A stretch of DNA of 64,000 nucleotides from NCBI RefSeq assembly GCF_039982535.1, contig NZ_JBDWYG010000039.1, positions 164,743 through 228,742 of the forward strand. Direction: 5' to 3'. This document shows positions 20,828 through 32,477 of this stretch, piece after piece (position 1 is the stretch's first letter; each line of letters begins with the position of its first letter). Origin of the DNA: Aliiglaciecola sp. (GTDB lineage Bacteria > Pseudomonadota > Gammaproteobacteria > Enterobacterales > Alteromonadaceae). A program made the position numbers and the translations under genes. The notes under the pieces are model-generated. The model was not told where the DNA came from. It saw only the letters and a program-made list of their open reading frames with translations, and made no database searches.

Positions 20828-22050
20828 TACATATTCACCATATTATTAAGCGCTAAAATCGGTTGTAGGATAGCCAGTACAATAAACAATACAATTGCTG
20901 CCATACTCACAATCAAAATTGGTTCAAAAACTTTCAACGAGACACCCACTAGGGCTTCAAATTCCCTATCTTGGTTGTCTGCTGCTCGTTTTAACATTTG
21001 TTGAAGTTCACCACTTCTTTCACCGGATGCAATCATATGCATCATCATTGGTGGAAACATTTTAGTTTTTTCTAAGGCTCCTCGTAAGCTAGAACCTTCT
21101 TTTACTTTAACTGCGGCCTCTGCCACAGCTTCTCTAATGTGCAAATTTTCGAGTACATCACCAGCTATACGCATGGCTTCTAATAACGGCACCGCACTGG
21201 CGGTTAAGATACTCAAGGTGCTAGCAAAACGCGCCGTGTTCAAACCTTTAGATACTTTACCAATTAAAGGCACTTCTAAAATAAACTTGTGATAGCGCTT
21301 TTTCATCAGTGGTTTTTGGAGTATTCGTTTAATGACAATAACCAAGACAACAATGACTACCATGGCTATTAGTCCATAGCTTTGCAACCAGGTACTGACT
21401 GATATTAAGATGCTAGTAATGGCTGGAAGTTCCTGCCCCATGTTGTCAAATTGTCCAACTATTTTCGGTACAACAACCGTTAGCAGTAGGAAAATAATAC
21501 CAAAGGCAAAAAATAACATAATGGCAGGATAGACCAGCGCCTGAGTGATTTGACTGCGAGTACGCTGGCTTTTCTCGGTGTAGTCAGCCAGTCGATTCAG
21601 CACTGTGTCTAAATGTCCCGACTTTTCCCCAGCGGCTACCATGGCACGAAAGAGCTCGTCGAATACTTGTGGGAACTCGCCCATGGCATCGGCCAGTGAG
21701 TGTCCTTCCACTACTTTACTGCGAACAGCCATCATCATATTTTTATGACGGGGCTTCTCACATTGTTCAGCAACGGCTAAAAGGGCTTCCTCGATGGGCA
21801 AAGCGGATTCAACTAAGGTAGCGATTTGGCGTGTTAAAAGGGCGAGATCGCTGGCAGATATTCCGCGCTTGAATAAGGTGAATCGATTTTTGTTGTCACG
21901 TTGCTGTTGTTCAGTTACCTGCTCAACTTCTAAAGGAATAAGCTCTAGTTCCCGTAATTGTTGACGGATATGCCGAGCATTATCACCCTCTAAAACACCA
22001 CTTTTGTTGCGACCAGATTGACTTATCGCTTTATAAGCATAGGCGGCCAC
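20827..22050 (-). CDS. gspF: Type II secretion inner-membrane protein F
   Basis: TRQIATLV, AGEKSGHL, GERSGEL; three TMs. Confidence 0.96.
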   Translation of the reverse strand: MAAYAYKAISQSGRNKSGVLEGDNARHIRQQLRELELIPLEVEQVTEQQQRDNKNRFTLFKRGISASDLALLTRQIATLVESALPIEEALLAVAEQCEKPRHKNMMMAVRSKVVEGHSLADAMGEFPQVFDELFRAMVAAGEKSGHLDTVLNRLADYTEKSQRTRSQITQALVYPAIMLFFAFGIIFLLLTVVVPKIVGQFDNMGQELPAITSILISVSTWLQSYGLIAMVVIVVLVIVIKRILQKPLMKKRYHKFILEVPLIGKVSKGLNTARFASTLSILTASAVPLLEAMRIAGDVLENLHIREAVAEAAVKVKEGSSLRGALEKTKMFPPMMMHMIASGERSGELQQMLKRAADNQDREFEALVGVSLKVFEPILIVSMAAIVLFIVLAILQPILALNNMVNM

Positions 22051-22052
22051 TA

Positions 22053-23627
22053 TTAATCCTCTCGGGTAACACGGAGTACTTCTTCTAAGGACGTAAATCC
22101 AAGAAGTACTTTGTTACAGCCATCTTCGCGAATACTCGGTGTGTTTTTACGAACGTGTTTTTCTATTGCCTGTTCGCCATGACCATTGTGCATAATGTCG
22201 CGGGTTGCTTCGTCAACAACCAATAGCTCGTGAATACCGGTTCGACCGCGATAGCCAGTTTGATTACAAGCTGCACAGCCTTTAGGACTGTATATCTCTT
22301 GGCTATTGGTGGCATGTTCTAAACCGAGGATTTGACACTCTGCTTCGCTCGGTAGGTGCGGAGTTTTACAGTCGGCGCAAAGAGTTCTTACCAAGCGCTG
22401 AGATAAAACGGCCAGTAAACTAGAAGATAATAAGAAGGGTTCAATTCCCATATCTTCAAGTCGTGTAATCGCCCCTGCTGCGGTATTGGTGTGTAACGTA
22501 GACAATACCAAGTGACCGGTTAAACTGGCTTGCACACCAATTTGCGCGGTTTCAAGGTCACGGATCTCACCAATCATGACCACATCTGGATCTTGACGCA
22601 ATATGGCCCTCAGGCCACGAGCAAAAGTCATGTCTACACGAGGGTTAACCTGAGTTTGACCAATGCCTTGTAAATCAAATTCGATGGGATCTTCTACCGT
22701 TAAGATATTACGGTCTTTAGAATTGATTTCACTAAGCCCTGCATACAAAGTGGTACTTTTCCCTGAACCTGTAGGGCCAGTTACTAAGATAATGCCATGG
22801 GGTTTACGAATCAAAGCGGAAAAGATTTCGCGATTTTTTAATGTCATGCCTAAATCCGTTAGATTTAGACGGGCATTATTTTTATCCAATAAACGTAAAA
22901 CCACTCGTTCGCCGTGACTTGAAGGCATGGTCGAAACCCGCACATCTACTGCACGTCCTGCGATTCTTAGGGTGATTCGACCATCTTGAGGGACGCGCTT
23001 TTCGGCAATATCTAACTTCGCCATGACTTTTATACGGGAAACCAACATGGACGAAAGTTTGCGGTTTGGTCGCAGTATTTCCCGTAATACACCATCTACC
23101 CGAAAACGCACAATTAATTGGTTTTCAAAGGTTTCAATATGAATGTCTGAAGCACCTTCTTTGATTGCTTCACTTAACATGGCGTTTATTAATTTGATGA
23201 TAGGCGCATCATCTTCATTTTCTAATAAGTCTTCGGTATCGGGCAGCTCTTCTGCTAAGGCAAATAAATCGCTCTCGTTACCTATATCTTCCATTAACTG
23301 CTTGGCAGCCGATGAGTCCCGCTGAAAGGCTTTGGTCAATAGATTTTCAAATTGTTCGTCGGCTATTTCTTTTAATTGGAAATCCGCCTGCAAGAAGCGT
23401 CTAACTTCAATAAAAATAGAAAAGTCAGTCATTGCCGTATGATATAAAATAGCCGGCTCTTCACCTGTATCTAACAACACTTTATGTCGCTTAGCGAAGC
23501 TAAACGCCAATTGTTTGTGCTGCTCTATTTCTTCACCTGGCGCAGCCTCAGCTGGCTGCACTGGGTCAACATCGAGGAGCGCCTGTTCTGACTTGAGCTC
23601 AGCATTATCAGCTGTTTCAATACTCAT
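22053..23627 (-). CDS. gspE: Type II secretion ATPase E
   Basis: [24 protein letters not shown], CxxC zinc motifs. Confidence 0.96.
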   Translation of the reverse strand: MSIETADNAELKSEQALLDVDPVQPAEAAPGEEIEQHKQLAFSFAKRHKVLLDTGEEPAILYHTAMTDFSIFIEVRRFLQADFQLKEIADEQFENLLTKAFQRDSSAAKQLMEDIGNESDLFALAEELPDTEDLLENEDDAPIIKLINAMLSEAIKEGASDIHIETFENQLIVRFRVDGVLREILRPNRKLSSMLVSRIKVMAKLDIAEKRVPQDGRITLRIAGRAVDVRVSTMPSSHGERVVLRLLDKNNARLNLTDLGMTLKNREIFSALIRKPHGIILVTGPTGSGKSTTLYAGLSEINSKDRNILTVEDPIEFDLQGIGQTQVNPRVDMTFARGLRAILRQDPDVVMIGEIRDLETAQIGVQASLTGHLVLSTLHTNTAAGAITRLEDMGIEPFLLSSSLLAVLSQRLVRTLCADCKTPHLPSEAECQILGLEHATNSQEIYSPKGCAACNQTGYRGRTGIHELLVVDEATRDIMHNGHGEQAIEKHVRKNTPSIREDGCNKVLLGFTSLEEVLRVTRED

Positions 23628-25693
23628 TAGTTCTCGCTTTCCTGCTCTTTTTCTAATAAATATTCGTCAAAAGTGGGTGGCAAGGCTAACTCATCGTCCC
23701 ATTCCGGTAATACAGGGGCCTCTTGAGTCGGCATTAATGGAATTCCCGCTGCACTGCGTTTTAATTGTTGTGCTCGAATATAGTTGTACTTTTTGTGGCT
23801 GATGCTATTCATAGTTGCGCCATCACGGACGATGGTCGGACGAATAAACACCATTAGGTTGCGTTTGGTTGTGCTGGTGGTAGTTGACTTAAACAAATTA
23901 CCTAAGAATGGAATATCTCCTAAAATAGGCACCTTAGAGATACTTTCTTGTACTTGATCGTCAATTAAGCCGCCTAAAACGATAGTGCCACCATCATCTA
24001 CAATTACCGTGGTTTTGATTTCACGTTTGTTAATCGCAATATCAACTGAAGTTGCGCCACTGACGCTGGACACTTCCTGTTCAATTAACAGTTGTACCGC
24101 ATCCCCTTCGTTAATTTGCGGGGTAACTTTAAGTTTAATACCTACTTCTTGACGTTCAACAGTTTGGAATGGGTTTGCGTTGTTTGAGCCTGTGGAAGAC
24201 CCTGTAATAATTGGCACTTCCTGGCCGACAATAAAGAAAGCTTCTTCATTATCTAGGGTAGTTAAATGTGGGGTAGACAACACATTAGAGTTTGTATCTG
24301 TGCTGACCGCTTGTAATACCGCTCCCCAACCATCTTTCACTACACCTACCAACAAACCGTTTAGGCCGCCAAGTAACGACGCCAATGAGGTAAAATCACC
24401 AGTGGTGACTGAGTCGTAGGAATAGGGGTCACCATCATCATCGAAACCTGTAGTGGTAGTTACTTGGTCTTCAGCTTCATCAGCAGCAACGGCTAACGAG
24501 CCAATTCCAACCACACCGTTAGTAAATTGTTGACCGCCACCGTCTTCACTTGCCCATTGAACACCTAAAGTGGTTCCGTCACCTTCATAAACTTCTACAA
24601 TGATGGCTTCAACCGTAACTTGGGCACGGCGAATATCTAATTGGCGTATAACTTCTTCTAATGAGCGCATCATGTCAGGCTCAGCTGTTATTACTAAAGC
24701 GTTTGAGTCTGGATGGGCATCAATACTCACTTCTCTATTACTCGAGGAGCTACTTCTGGAGTTAGCGCTAGATTGCCCGCCTTTTTCTTCTGCTTGAATG
24801 CTGGCACTGACACCTTGTAACACCTTAACTAAATCTTCAGCTTTGGCGTAATTGACAAAAATGACACGGGTATTACCACTGGTTTCCAGCTCTTGGTCCA
24901 TTTTGGTGATGAGATCAATGAGGCGTTTACGGCTTTTATTATCACCAGATACGATAACACTATTGGTTCGATCATCAGCAACAAGGCGGGGTTCTGATTT
25001 ACCCGTTGATTGGGCTTTGGTGGATGTTTTATTGATATTTTCAATAATTCTCACCATTTCCGATGCAGAGGCGAACTTAAGCTTAATAATTTCTACTTCT
25101 TCATCACCGGCCTGATCCACTCGCTCAATGATTTCCACCAAACGGTTCACAACCGCTGCTCGGCCGGTCAACATCATCACATTGGAAGGGTCATGACTGA
25201 CGACATTACCACCGCCAGCTTGGTCGTTAAGCTGTCGAAGTATAGGTGCAAGTTCTCTTACAGGTACGTTATAAACAGGTACTACACGGGTGATCATTTC
25301 GTCACCATCAAAAGGTGTGCCTTGAATAACTGGGATATTAGATGTTTTTGCGTCTTTGGCTCTGACTACTTTTAGTATGCCATTTGGCATTTCTACCACG
25401 GCAAAATCGTAGACTTGCAAAACGTTAAGGAAAAATTGGTAATATTGCTCTTCATTCAAAAGATCATAGCTGCGTACGCTTATCTTGCCGCGGACATCAG
25501 GGCTAACAATAATGGTTTTTTGCAGGTTTTTACCGACAATATTAATAAATTCGGAGATCTCAGCATTTTTAAAATTGGGTGAATACTCTTTCGCTGATGC
25601 CAAGGTTGACACCGTTAAAAACACTGCACACACTGCCAAACATAAGCCTCTGAATCTACTACGGCTTGTTTGCGTCATAGGGATAATCCTCAT
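23627..25693 (-). CDS. gspD: Type II secretion secretin D
   Basis: N-domains, [31 protein letters not shown]. Confidence 0.96.
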   Translation of the reverse strand: MRIIPMTQTSRSRFRGLCLAVCAVFLTVSTLASAKEYSPNFKNAEISEFINIVGKNLQKTIIVSPDVRGKISVRSYDLLNEEQYYQFFLNVLQVYDFAVVEMPNGILKVVRAKDAKTSNIPVIQGTPFDGDEMITRVVPVYNVPVRELAPILRQLNDQAGGGNVVSHDPSNVMMLTGRAAVVNRLVEIIERVDQAGDEEVEIIKLKFASASEMVRIIENINKTSTKAQSTGKSEPRLVADDRTNSVIVSGDNKSRKRLIDLITKMDQELETSGNTRVIFVNYAKAEDLVKVLQGVSASIQAEEKGGQSSANSRSSSSSNREVSIDAHPDSNALVITAEPDMMRSLEEVIRQLDIRRAQVTVEAIIVEVYEGDGTTLGVQWASEDGGGQQFTNGVVGIGSLAVAADEAEDQVTTTTGFDDDGDPYSYDSVTTGDFTSLASLLGGLNGLLVGVVKDGWGAVLQAVSTDTNSNVLSTPHLTTLDNEEAFFIVGQEVPIITGSSTGSNNANPFQTVERQEVGIKLKVTPQINEGDAVQLLIEQEVSSVSGATSVDIAINKREIKTTVIVDDGGTIVLGGLIDDQVQESISKVPILGDIPFLGNLFKSTTTSTTKRNLMVFIRPTIVRDGATMNSISHKKYNYIRAQQLKRSAAGIPLMPTQEAPVLPEWDDELALPPTFDEYLLEKEQESEN

Positions 25694-26637
25694 ATATCTT
25701 GTTCTTCTTCCCCATCAGGGAAATTTAAATACAAAGTGAGGACTTCCTCACTTCGACTAATTGATAGTTGGAGCGAATCTGCTTGATTTAATGCTGCTAA
25801 GGCTTCAATAGCCTGCTCAGGGTCAGTCAAATCCAATCCATTTATTTCTGTAATTATATCGCCTACTTTAAATCCGGCGCCTTTAAATAAGCTTGGGTTT
25901 TTACCAGGTGCAATTTTATAGCCGGCTATTAATCCATCTTGGCCTTGAACAGGTGAAACCATAAAATATTCAGTAAAGCCGCTTGGATTACGACGTATTT
26001 CTTTGGTTGTTTTCACCATATCAGCAGATAATTCTTTATGTTGTTCTTTTTCAGCCACTCTGTAGTCCACAAAGGGTTCAACAGGTGCTTGATAAGCCTG
26101 GCTTTCTTTCGAGTATTCTAACCCGTCTAACATTAAGGTTTCTCGCCTAGGACCATTTTTAATAATTACCCTATCTGCGAAGACTTCAACTAAGCTTGCG
26201 TTTGTACCATCAATTTCATCATCGATGCCATAGGTATTTTGTGAACCTCGGTTTTCAATAATTGCTGCACCAATGCCTGGCTCATCAGTTTCGACGACAC
26301 CGGTTAAGGTTAAGTTCAAACGAGTTTCAGGGGCTTCAGTGATCTCCTGTTTGACCGGGGCATTTTCTTTTGCAGTTAAGTCGCCAAACAAGTTTAAACT
26401 TTTTAATTGCGACAAACTTACCCGTGAACTTGAATTACTCGAATTATTGCCAGTTTGATTGGTTTGAAAACTCGGTTTTGCGGTAGATTCTGGTTCTGGA
26501 ATTAGACGCCAAGTCATCTCAGCTAAAAAAGCCAATAGATACAAAACCAACAAAATAACCACCAACAGATTAATCTGTGATTGATATTTGCTAATTTGCA
26601 GCCATATTTGACTTAAGTTTGTACTACTAAGGCTCAT
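25690..26637 (-). CDS. gspC: Type II secretion protein C (HR plus PDZ)
   Basis: TM, APETRLNLTLTGVV, C-terminal PDZ (GFKVGDIITEING). Confidence 0.94.
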   Translation of the reverse strand: MSLSSTNLSQIWLQISKYQSQINLLVVILLVLYLLAFLAEMTWRLIPEPESTAKPSFQTNQTGNNSSNSSSRVSLSQLKSLNLFGDLTAKENAPVKQEITEAPETRLNLTLTGVVETDEPGIGAAIIENRGSQNTYGIDDEIDGTNASLVEVFADRVIIKNGPRRETLMLDGLEYSKESQAYQAPVEPFVDYRVAEKEQHKELSADMVKTTKEIRRNPSGFTEYFMVSPVQGQDGLIAGYKIAPGKNPSLFKGAGFKVGDIITEINGLDLTDPEQAIEALAALNQADSLQLSISRSEEVLTLYLNFPDGEEEQDI

Positions 26638-26781
26638 CTTTTACCACTTCTTGGTCGATTATTGTCGCTAAACGGGGACAATGATAACCAGTAGATTAGA
26701 GGGTCACAACTATTAAAGATTAACATTACCATTTAATTACAGTTCACAGGTTTTTAAGCTTACGCGCAATAGGCTCTATAT

Positions 26782-27186
26782 ATGAAGAATAAGACAGACA
26801 ACAAAAACACTGAAATAGTTCGCTTAGACAAGTGGCTTTGGGCTGCACGGTTTTTTAAAACCCGATCTTTAGCTCGAGACATGGTGCAATCTGGCAAGGT
26901 GCAATATAATGAACAAAGAGCAAAGGCCAGTCGAAGTGTCGAATTGGGTGCGACAATTGTGCTCCCTGCCGGATTCGATAGCAAGGAAGTAATTGTTGAG
27001 GGGTTAAGTGATAAACGTGTTAGTGCGCCCCAAGCTCAATTACTTTATGCGGAAACGGAAAAAAGTATCGCGCAACGTGAAAAAAATGCAGAGGCGCGAA
27101 AATTAAGCGCATTTCATAGTCCACGACCTGAGAGTCGACCGGATAAAAAGCAGCGTCGCAAAATTATTCAATTTAAACAGCAGTAA
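26782..27186 (+). CDS. hslR: Ribosome-associated heat shock protein Hsp15
   Basis: S4 motif RLDKWLWAARFFKTRSLA, RPDKKQRR. Confidence 0.96.
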   Translation: MKNKTDNKNTEIVRLDKWLWAARFFKTRSLARDMVQSGKVQYNEQRAKASRSVELGATIVLPAGFDSKEVIVEGLSDKRVSAPQAQLLYAETEKSIAQREKNAEARKLSAFHSPRPESRPDKKQRRKIIQFKQQ

Positions 27187-27195
27187 GAGAAAGTT

Positions 27196-28092
27196 ATGTC
27201 CCAATTTGATCAGTTACATCGTTATGTTTTTACCAACGCCAACGTACGCGGTGAACTTGTCCAACTCGAAAATAGTTATCAAGAAATTCTCGATTCACAG
27301 GAATACCCTCCAGTTATTCAACAGTTGCTCGGTGAGCTTATGGCAGCGGCATCTCTTTTAACTGCAACCTTAAAGTTTAAAGGAGAAATTGCTTTGCAAC
27401 TGCAAAGTGAAGGCAGTATTAAATATGCAGTGATAAATGGCACCCATGATCAAAAACTGCGTGGTGTAGCAAGGTGGGATAATGATGTAACCGAATTGCC
27501 CACATCTCTTACCGAGCTGTTACCTAAAGGTGTGTTGGTCATTACCATTACCCCTGAAGAAGGCGAGCGTTATCAAGGAATTGTTGCTGTCGATAAACCA
27601 ACCTTATCTGAATGTTTAGAAGGGTACTTTAGCCAATCTGAACAACTACCAACCAAGGTTATTTTAAAAACCTCTTTAAGTGGTGATGTGAATAGAGCGG
27701 GTGGTTTGTTCTTGCAAGTTTTGCCAACTAGTAGCGAAATGACCAATGAGTCTGAACATACTGAATTTGCTCATTTAAGCACTATTAGCCAAACGATTAC
27801 TGCTGAGGAATTGTTAGGTTTGCCCGCCACTGAAGTACTGCACAGACTTTATCACCAAGAGGAAGTCGAACTATATCCTGCTCAAGAGGTTAAATTTTCC
27901 TGTAGTTGCAGTAAAGAGCGAAGTGCCGCAGCAATTGCCAATGTGGATAAACAAGAGTTGTTAAATATTGTAGCTGAAGACGGTGCGGTACGACTAAATT
28001 GTCAATACTGCCATCGAGAATACAGCTTTGATGCCATCGATATCGAATCTATCCATAACGGCGCATACGCTGCTCCAAAACAAACACAGTAG
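27196..28092 (+). CDS. hslO: Hsp33 redox-regulated chaperone
   Basis: GELMAAASLLTATLKF, YFSQSEQLPT, CSCS...CQYC zinc centre. Confidence 0.96.
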   Translation: MSQFDQLHRYVFTNANVRGELVQLENSYQEILDSQEYPPVIQQLLGELMAAASLLTATLKFKGEIALQLQSEGSIKYAVINGTHDQKLRGVARWDNDVTELPTSLTELLPKGVLVITITPEEGERYQGIVAVDKPTLSECLEGYFSQSEQLPTKVILKTSLSGDVNRAGGLFLQVLPTSSEMTNESEHTEFAHLSTISQTITAEELLGLPATEVLHRLYHQEEVELYPAQEVKFSCSCSKERSAAAIANVDKQELLNIVAEDGAVRLNCQYCHREYSFDAIDIESIHNGAYAAPKQTQ

Positions 28093-28140
28093 CGCTGCTT
28101 CTGCAAAGTCTAGTGCGTCAGCACGAGATAAAGACCTAAC

Positions 28141-28186
28141 AAAAAGGCCGCCAAATCATAACTACAAGTATCATTTGGCGGCCTAT
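28141..28186. terminator. Hairpin between convergent hslO and the M14 peptidase gene
   Basis: 11-bp stem GGCCGCCAAAT / ATTTGGCGGCC; A-tract at 28141 gives a U-tract on the - strand. Confidence 0.7.
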
Positions 28187-28238
28187 ATATGGGTGTCTTG
28201 TCTGATTTTATGGTCTTTTTAGGGCCCTTGATGATTCG

Positions 28239-30824
28239 CTAAGGTGCGCTAAAAAGGGTTGAGAAAAACAGGCTGTTTAAAAACAGTTTTTCGGTACCGT
28301 AAAAATAGCCTCGGAAGTTCGGATCGTCAGTAAATAAAATCACACTACCTTTGCCTTTTCTTTCTGCGACTAAACTGGTTTTGCCCGCTAACTTTTGTTG
28401 ATTTTCAGCCGACGCATAACCACTTAAAAGGGAATCTGGAGTAATCTTAACCACACTGGCGTAAGGGTTTTGAGGCGGTTCAAAGGCTAACAATCCACTG
28501 CGCTGACTGGCAATTTCTCGACGGGTATATCCGTAACCTAATGGGTGGCTAATATCCAAATCACCAGCCATCACTGCTCCACCGATAATGTCTTGTGCTT
28601 TGACCATCGACTTATCTGCATAATCTATTCGCGGTTGTGAGGCCAATTTACCTTTGCCAATATCGGCCAAAGTAAGGTTCAATAGATTCAATCCAGCCCA
28701 GCGCGCACCATCGCCAATTCCCACCAAGGCACCGCCGTTTCGTACCCATGTTGTGATCTTATTCTGCAATGAATCACTGATATCTGAATATTTGCCGTTG
28801 GTCATAACCAAATGGGTATAAGCTGACAAATCTACGTTGGATAGCCTCTGTTTTTCAATCAAAGTAACTGGTATCTGCATACGTTTGTCGAGTAAATGCC
28901 ATACTTCACCAGCCTGATAGGGAGACATACCAGCACCAATTACTAACGCGACTTTTGGTAAGCTAACTGCATCTAAACTATTACTGCCTAAGTCCATGCC
29001 AATGCTACTGGTATGGGAGCTGTTTAGGGCATGGATTTTAACACCATCTTGAATGGCAGCCTGTTGCATTATTTTATACAAGTTGTCGCTATTCGCATTG
29101 GAGTAACCGCTAATTTTATTGTTCACCGGAACAATTACACTGCCACGGCCAAAGGATTGGCTACCTGAGTCGGTTTGAGCGGTAAAAGGTTTAGTGGCAA
29201 TGCGAGGTAGATAGCCTTGCTCGAGTAATTCGTATAAGACTTTCGGGCCATTGTAATGGCTCCAGTCAAACCCATACGCAACCGTTGCTTTACTCGGCGG
29301 CTGCTGGGATGGAAATTCCACTGTTATGGCTGAATCGGCTTTGTACCTTGTACGGGTCAAAGGTTCGAAGTCTATGCCAAAGGCTAACGGTAAGGTCCAG
29401 CCAGAGACATCATAAAAGGTGTTATTTTCAAAGGTGGTAATTTTTGAAAATACGCCTTTGAGCATCCGGTAATTTTCTTGCTCAGACTCAACAATAAAGG
29501 CCTCACCTTTACGAAATGTTTTTCCGTTAACCTCAAAATCTTTCGCCAGTGGTTTAATCTGGATTTTGTTACGGGTTAACAGTTGATTGAAATGGAATAG
29601 TCTGACGGGATCTTCAGGGGCACTGTAAATATAAGCTTTGATGTCGTCTCGATCTGCCATTTTTTCTGAATTACGGACAAAATCTTGTTGGAAAGACAGC
29701 AATGCTTGACGTTTTTCTGCCGCATTTTCCAGCAGTGCTATTGCGACATGATAATAGGTGCGAATATTTTCTCGAAACGAAAGCAGACCTCGTGGGGTTT
29801 CCAGAATTCCTGCTGAACTTGCTTGCTCAAATAATATGCCTAAGCTGCCGAATAAATGGGGATATGTAGCGCCTTTGCCTAAATAAAAATTATCATATGA
29901 CTCTTGGTTAAAATACAGTTTAGCTTCGCTATCCATGAAGTCTCGGGGTCCTTGCACTACTTCATTGAGCAGTTCCATGGCCTGATCATCAATTAGTGGG
30001 TGAACACGGTCTGGCGCTCCAGGATGGAAATAGAAGGTTTTATATGAACGCATTTCATGGAAATCTGCGACTATGTTAGGCCGCCATTGATGGAATTTTT
30101 TCACCCAACTTACGGGTTCAGGTTGTTGTTGCAACATCCACTGTCGATTTAAGTCAAACCAATAATGATTGGTTCTGCCTGAAGGCCAAGGGGAACCATG
30201 TAAAGCATGATTTGGATCGGTAATAACCACATTAGACGAATATTGCCAATTCCAAGTAGACTCACGAGTATTACCATCTGGGTTGAAGCTAGCTGTGAGC
30301 AGAATGACACTGTTTTCCAATAACGAATCAATCTCTTGGCCTTGGGCTGCTGCAAGGTGGTAGGCAACGGGCATGGCAGAGTCTGTTGAACTGACTTCAC
30401 CACCATGAACACCAAAGTTGATCCAACTAATTACCGGCATATCTGCACTGATAGTGCTTTTTTTGTCGGCTGTTTGCATGGCCATATGATTTGCTTGAAT
30501 CTGAGGCAAGTTCGCCATATTTTTAGGAGAGGTGATAGTTAAGGTGACAATAGGTCGGTTTTCATGACTATAACCAATCACTTCATAATTGACCCGCTCA
30601 GACTGCGCTGCCAACTGACGAAAGTACGCTGTCATCATATTATTTTGCACCATTTTTTGGCCTAACTCATGACCCAAAAAATCTTTCGGAGTGGTGATCT
30701 TTGGATCAAACTCAGTGCTGGCCGTATATAGGCTGTCAGTTTGCTGTGCAGCGAATACTTTATGCTGCACTGAGACAGAAAATAGAAGCGCTACAGTGGC
30801 GAAGGTGAAAAGAATGTTTTGCAT
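28239..30824 (-). CDS. Secreted M14-family zinc carboxypeptidase with C-terminal class I amidotransferase-like region
   Basis: Signal peptide from MQNILFT (30824); VHGGE (HxxE), GRTNHYWFDLNR, DFHEM zinc motifs. Confidence 0.85.
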   Translation of the reverse strand: MQNILFTFATVALLFSVSVQHKVFAAQQTDSLYTASTEFDPKITTPKDFLGHELGQKMVQNNMMTAYFRQLAAQSERVNYEVIGYSHENRPIVTLTITSPKNMANLPQIQANHMAMQTADKKSTISADMPVISWINFGVHGGEVSSTDSAMPVAYHLAAAQGQEIDSLLENSVILLTASFNPDGNTRESTWNWQYSSNVVITDPNHALHGSPWPSGRTNHYWFDLNRQWMLQQQPEPVSWVKKFHQWRPNIVADFHEMRSYKTFYFHPGAPDRVHPLIDDQAMELLNEVVQGPRDFMDSEAKLYFNQESYDNFYLGKGATYPHLFGSLGILFEQASSAGILETPRGLLSFRENIRTYYHVAIALLENAAEKRQALLSFQQDFVRNSEKMADRDDIKAYIYSAPEDPVRLFHFNQLLTRNKIQIKPLAKDFEVNGKTFRKGEAFIVESEQENYRMLKGVFSKITTFENNTFYDVSGWTLPLAFGIDFEPLTRTRYKADSAITVEFPSQQPPSKATVAYGFDWSHYNGPKVLYELLEQGYLPRIATKPFTAQTDSGSQSFGRGSVIVPVNNKISGYSNANSDNLYKIMQQAAIQDGVKIHALNSSHTSSIGMDLGSNSLDAVSLPKVALVIGAGMSPYQAGEVWHLLDKRMQIPVTLIEKQRLSNVDLSAYTHLVMTNGKYSDISDSLQNKITTWVRNGGALVGIGDGARWAGLNLLNLTLADIGKGKLASQPRIDYADKSMVKAQDIIGGAVMAGDLDISHPLGYGYTRREIASQRSGLLAFEPPQNPYASVVKITPDSLLSGYASAENQQKLAGKTSLVAERKGKGSVILFTDDPNFRGYFYGTEKLFLNSLFFSTLFSAP

Positions 30825-30831
30825 GGTTGTT

Positions 30832-32412
30832 TTACCTTGATACTGAAGGTTGACGAATAGGTTGCCCCGCAAGGGTCTGATTGACTACGCTATTTTCAAT
30901 GACAGCTTGGCCATTCAATATAAGCCATTCTACTCCCTCACTCAGTTCGGTGGGGTGCAGGTAACTAGCTTTATGTTGATAGGTATTGGGATTAAATATG
31001 ACAATATCGGCTATATAACCGGCTTTCAATTCGCCCCTGTCTTTTAATCCAAAGGTTTGAGCTGGCAGGTAAGTACTACGTTGAATAAATTCTTGGGTGC
31101 TTAACCAGCCTTTTTGTTTAACATATTCACGAAACTTTTTCGGGAAAGTACCATATTTGCGGGGATGACCTGTACTTCCATCTGAAGACGTGTTGACCCA
31201 AGGCTGGGTCATATAGGCTTTCATGTCTTGATCTGACATATTGAAACTGGCTACTCGCGCATTACCTTCTATAATAATTTTGCGAGCCGCATCAATGGGC
31301 TCCATTTCCCACAAACTAGCGACCTCGGCAAGAGTTTTACCGCGTATGTCAGGACGTTTAGGATCGCTAATCAATAATGATTCAGCCCCACCTCTGCGTC
31401 GCAAGTTTTTTGCCATTTCTAATTGTAGTGCTGGCCACAAAAAGTCATCCTTCATTCTGGCCATGTAAGCTTCTTTGCTGCCAGCCATGATATATCTGGG
31501 AACTAAGCTACCTGCCACACTAGTGCCAGAAGCGCGCCACGGATATTGATCTGCGGTTACATCAATTCCCTGTTGTCTAGCCTCGTTAATAAGTTGGATA
31601 ACCTCGGCGCTTTTCCCCCACACATCTACACCAAGGGATTTGATATGGGCGACATGGACTGGAATATCTGCTTGCTCACCAATTTGAATCACTTCTTTAA
31701 TAGCATTCACAAGGCCTATGCTATAGCTGCTTTCATCGCGAATATGACTGTCATATGCGCCGTTATATTGGGCTGCCACTTTTGCCAACTCTACGACTTC
31801 ACTGGTCATAGCGTAATTCCCCGGAACATAATACAAACCTGTAGATAGTCCCAAAGCTCCAGCTTGCATCGCTTGTTCAACTAGGTTTTTCATTTCTTCA
31901 AGCTCAGCATTGCTTGGGACGCGATCTTCAATTCCCATAACCGCTCTACGAATGGAACCGTGACCAACATATAAGGCGACATTCGTACCAATACCTTGTT
32001 CTTCATATTGTTTCAGTGTTCCGGCAACATCCACATTACCGCCGCCATCGACGTTGCAAAAAACAGTGGTCACACCCTGAGTTGTGTAGTTGATATTGGA
32101 ATTGGGTTCGCCTTTACCAAAATCATTGCAGGCATGGGTATGGGTATCAATAAAGCCGGGGGCAATGATGTTGTCACCAGCATCTATGTTGGTAATTGCT
32201 GTGATATGTTCAGGCACAGAGTCGCTTACAAATGAAATCTTGCCTTGATCTATCCCAATATAACCAGCAAAGGGAGTTTGTTCATTACCACTATAGATGT
32301 TGTTACCAGTGATAATGATGTCAATTTGCTCAGCTTTTTGCGTGCAAGCGGCACAAAAGGTGATAGTGAGAAGAATCAGTGAAAAGAATCGCAATTGGCA
32401 ATTTTGGTACAT
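30832..32412 (-). CDS. N-acyl-D-amino-acid deacylase (D-aminoacylase family), predicted lipoprotein
   Basis: APGFIDTHTHAC, QGVTT, GLSTGLYYVPG, SHIRDE, HIK, DQYPW, SSDG, HPRKYGTF; signal peptide ending in CAAC. Confidence 0.88.
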   Translation of the reverse strand: MYQNCQLRFFSLILLTITFCAACTQKAEQIDIIITGNNIYSGNEQTPFAGYIGIDQGKISFVSDSVPEHITAITNIDAGDNIIAPGFIDTHTHACNDFGKGEPNSNINYTTQGVTTVFCNVDGGGNVDVAGTLKQYEEQGIGTNVALYVGHGSIRRAVMGIEDRVPSNAELEEMKNLVEQAMQAGALGLSTGLYYVPGNYAMTSEVVELAKVAAQYNGAYDSHIRDESSYSIGLVNAIKEVIQIGEQADIPVHVAHIKSLGVDVWGKSAEVIQLINEARQQGIDVTADQYPWRASGTSVAGSLVPRYIMAGSKEAYMARMKDDFLWPALQLEMAKNLRRRGGAESLLISDPKRPDIRGKTLAEVASLWEMEPIDAARKIIIEGNARVASFNMSDQDMKAYMTQPWVNTSSDGSTGHPRKYGTFPKKFREYVKQKGWLSTQEFIQRSTYLPAQTFGLKDRGELKAGYIADIVIFNPNTYQHKASYLHPTELSEGVEWLILNGQAVIENSVVNQTLAGQPIRQPSVSR

Positions 32413-32433
32413 TTTGTAGGGTACTCTATTGTG

Positions 32434-32455
32434 AAAAAGGGCGACTAAGTCGCCC
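32434..32455 (-). terminator. Intrinsic terminator-like hairpin after the TonB receptor gene
   Basis: GGGCGAC-TTA-GTCGCCC followed by TTTTT on the - strand. Confidence 0.7.
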
Positions 32456-32477
32456 GATTAAAGTGTAAAAACGCTAT

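Noticed and set aside
15338-26984. Many + strand ORFs within the gsp cluster (e.g. 18277-18792, 18817-19188, 25010-25375) and 26760-26984 (-)
   Set aside because: Shadow ORFs opposite conserved gsp genes or hslR
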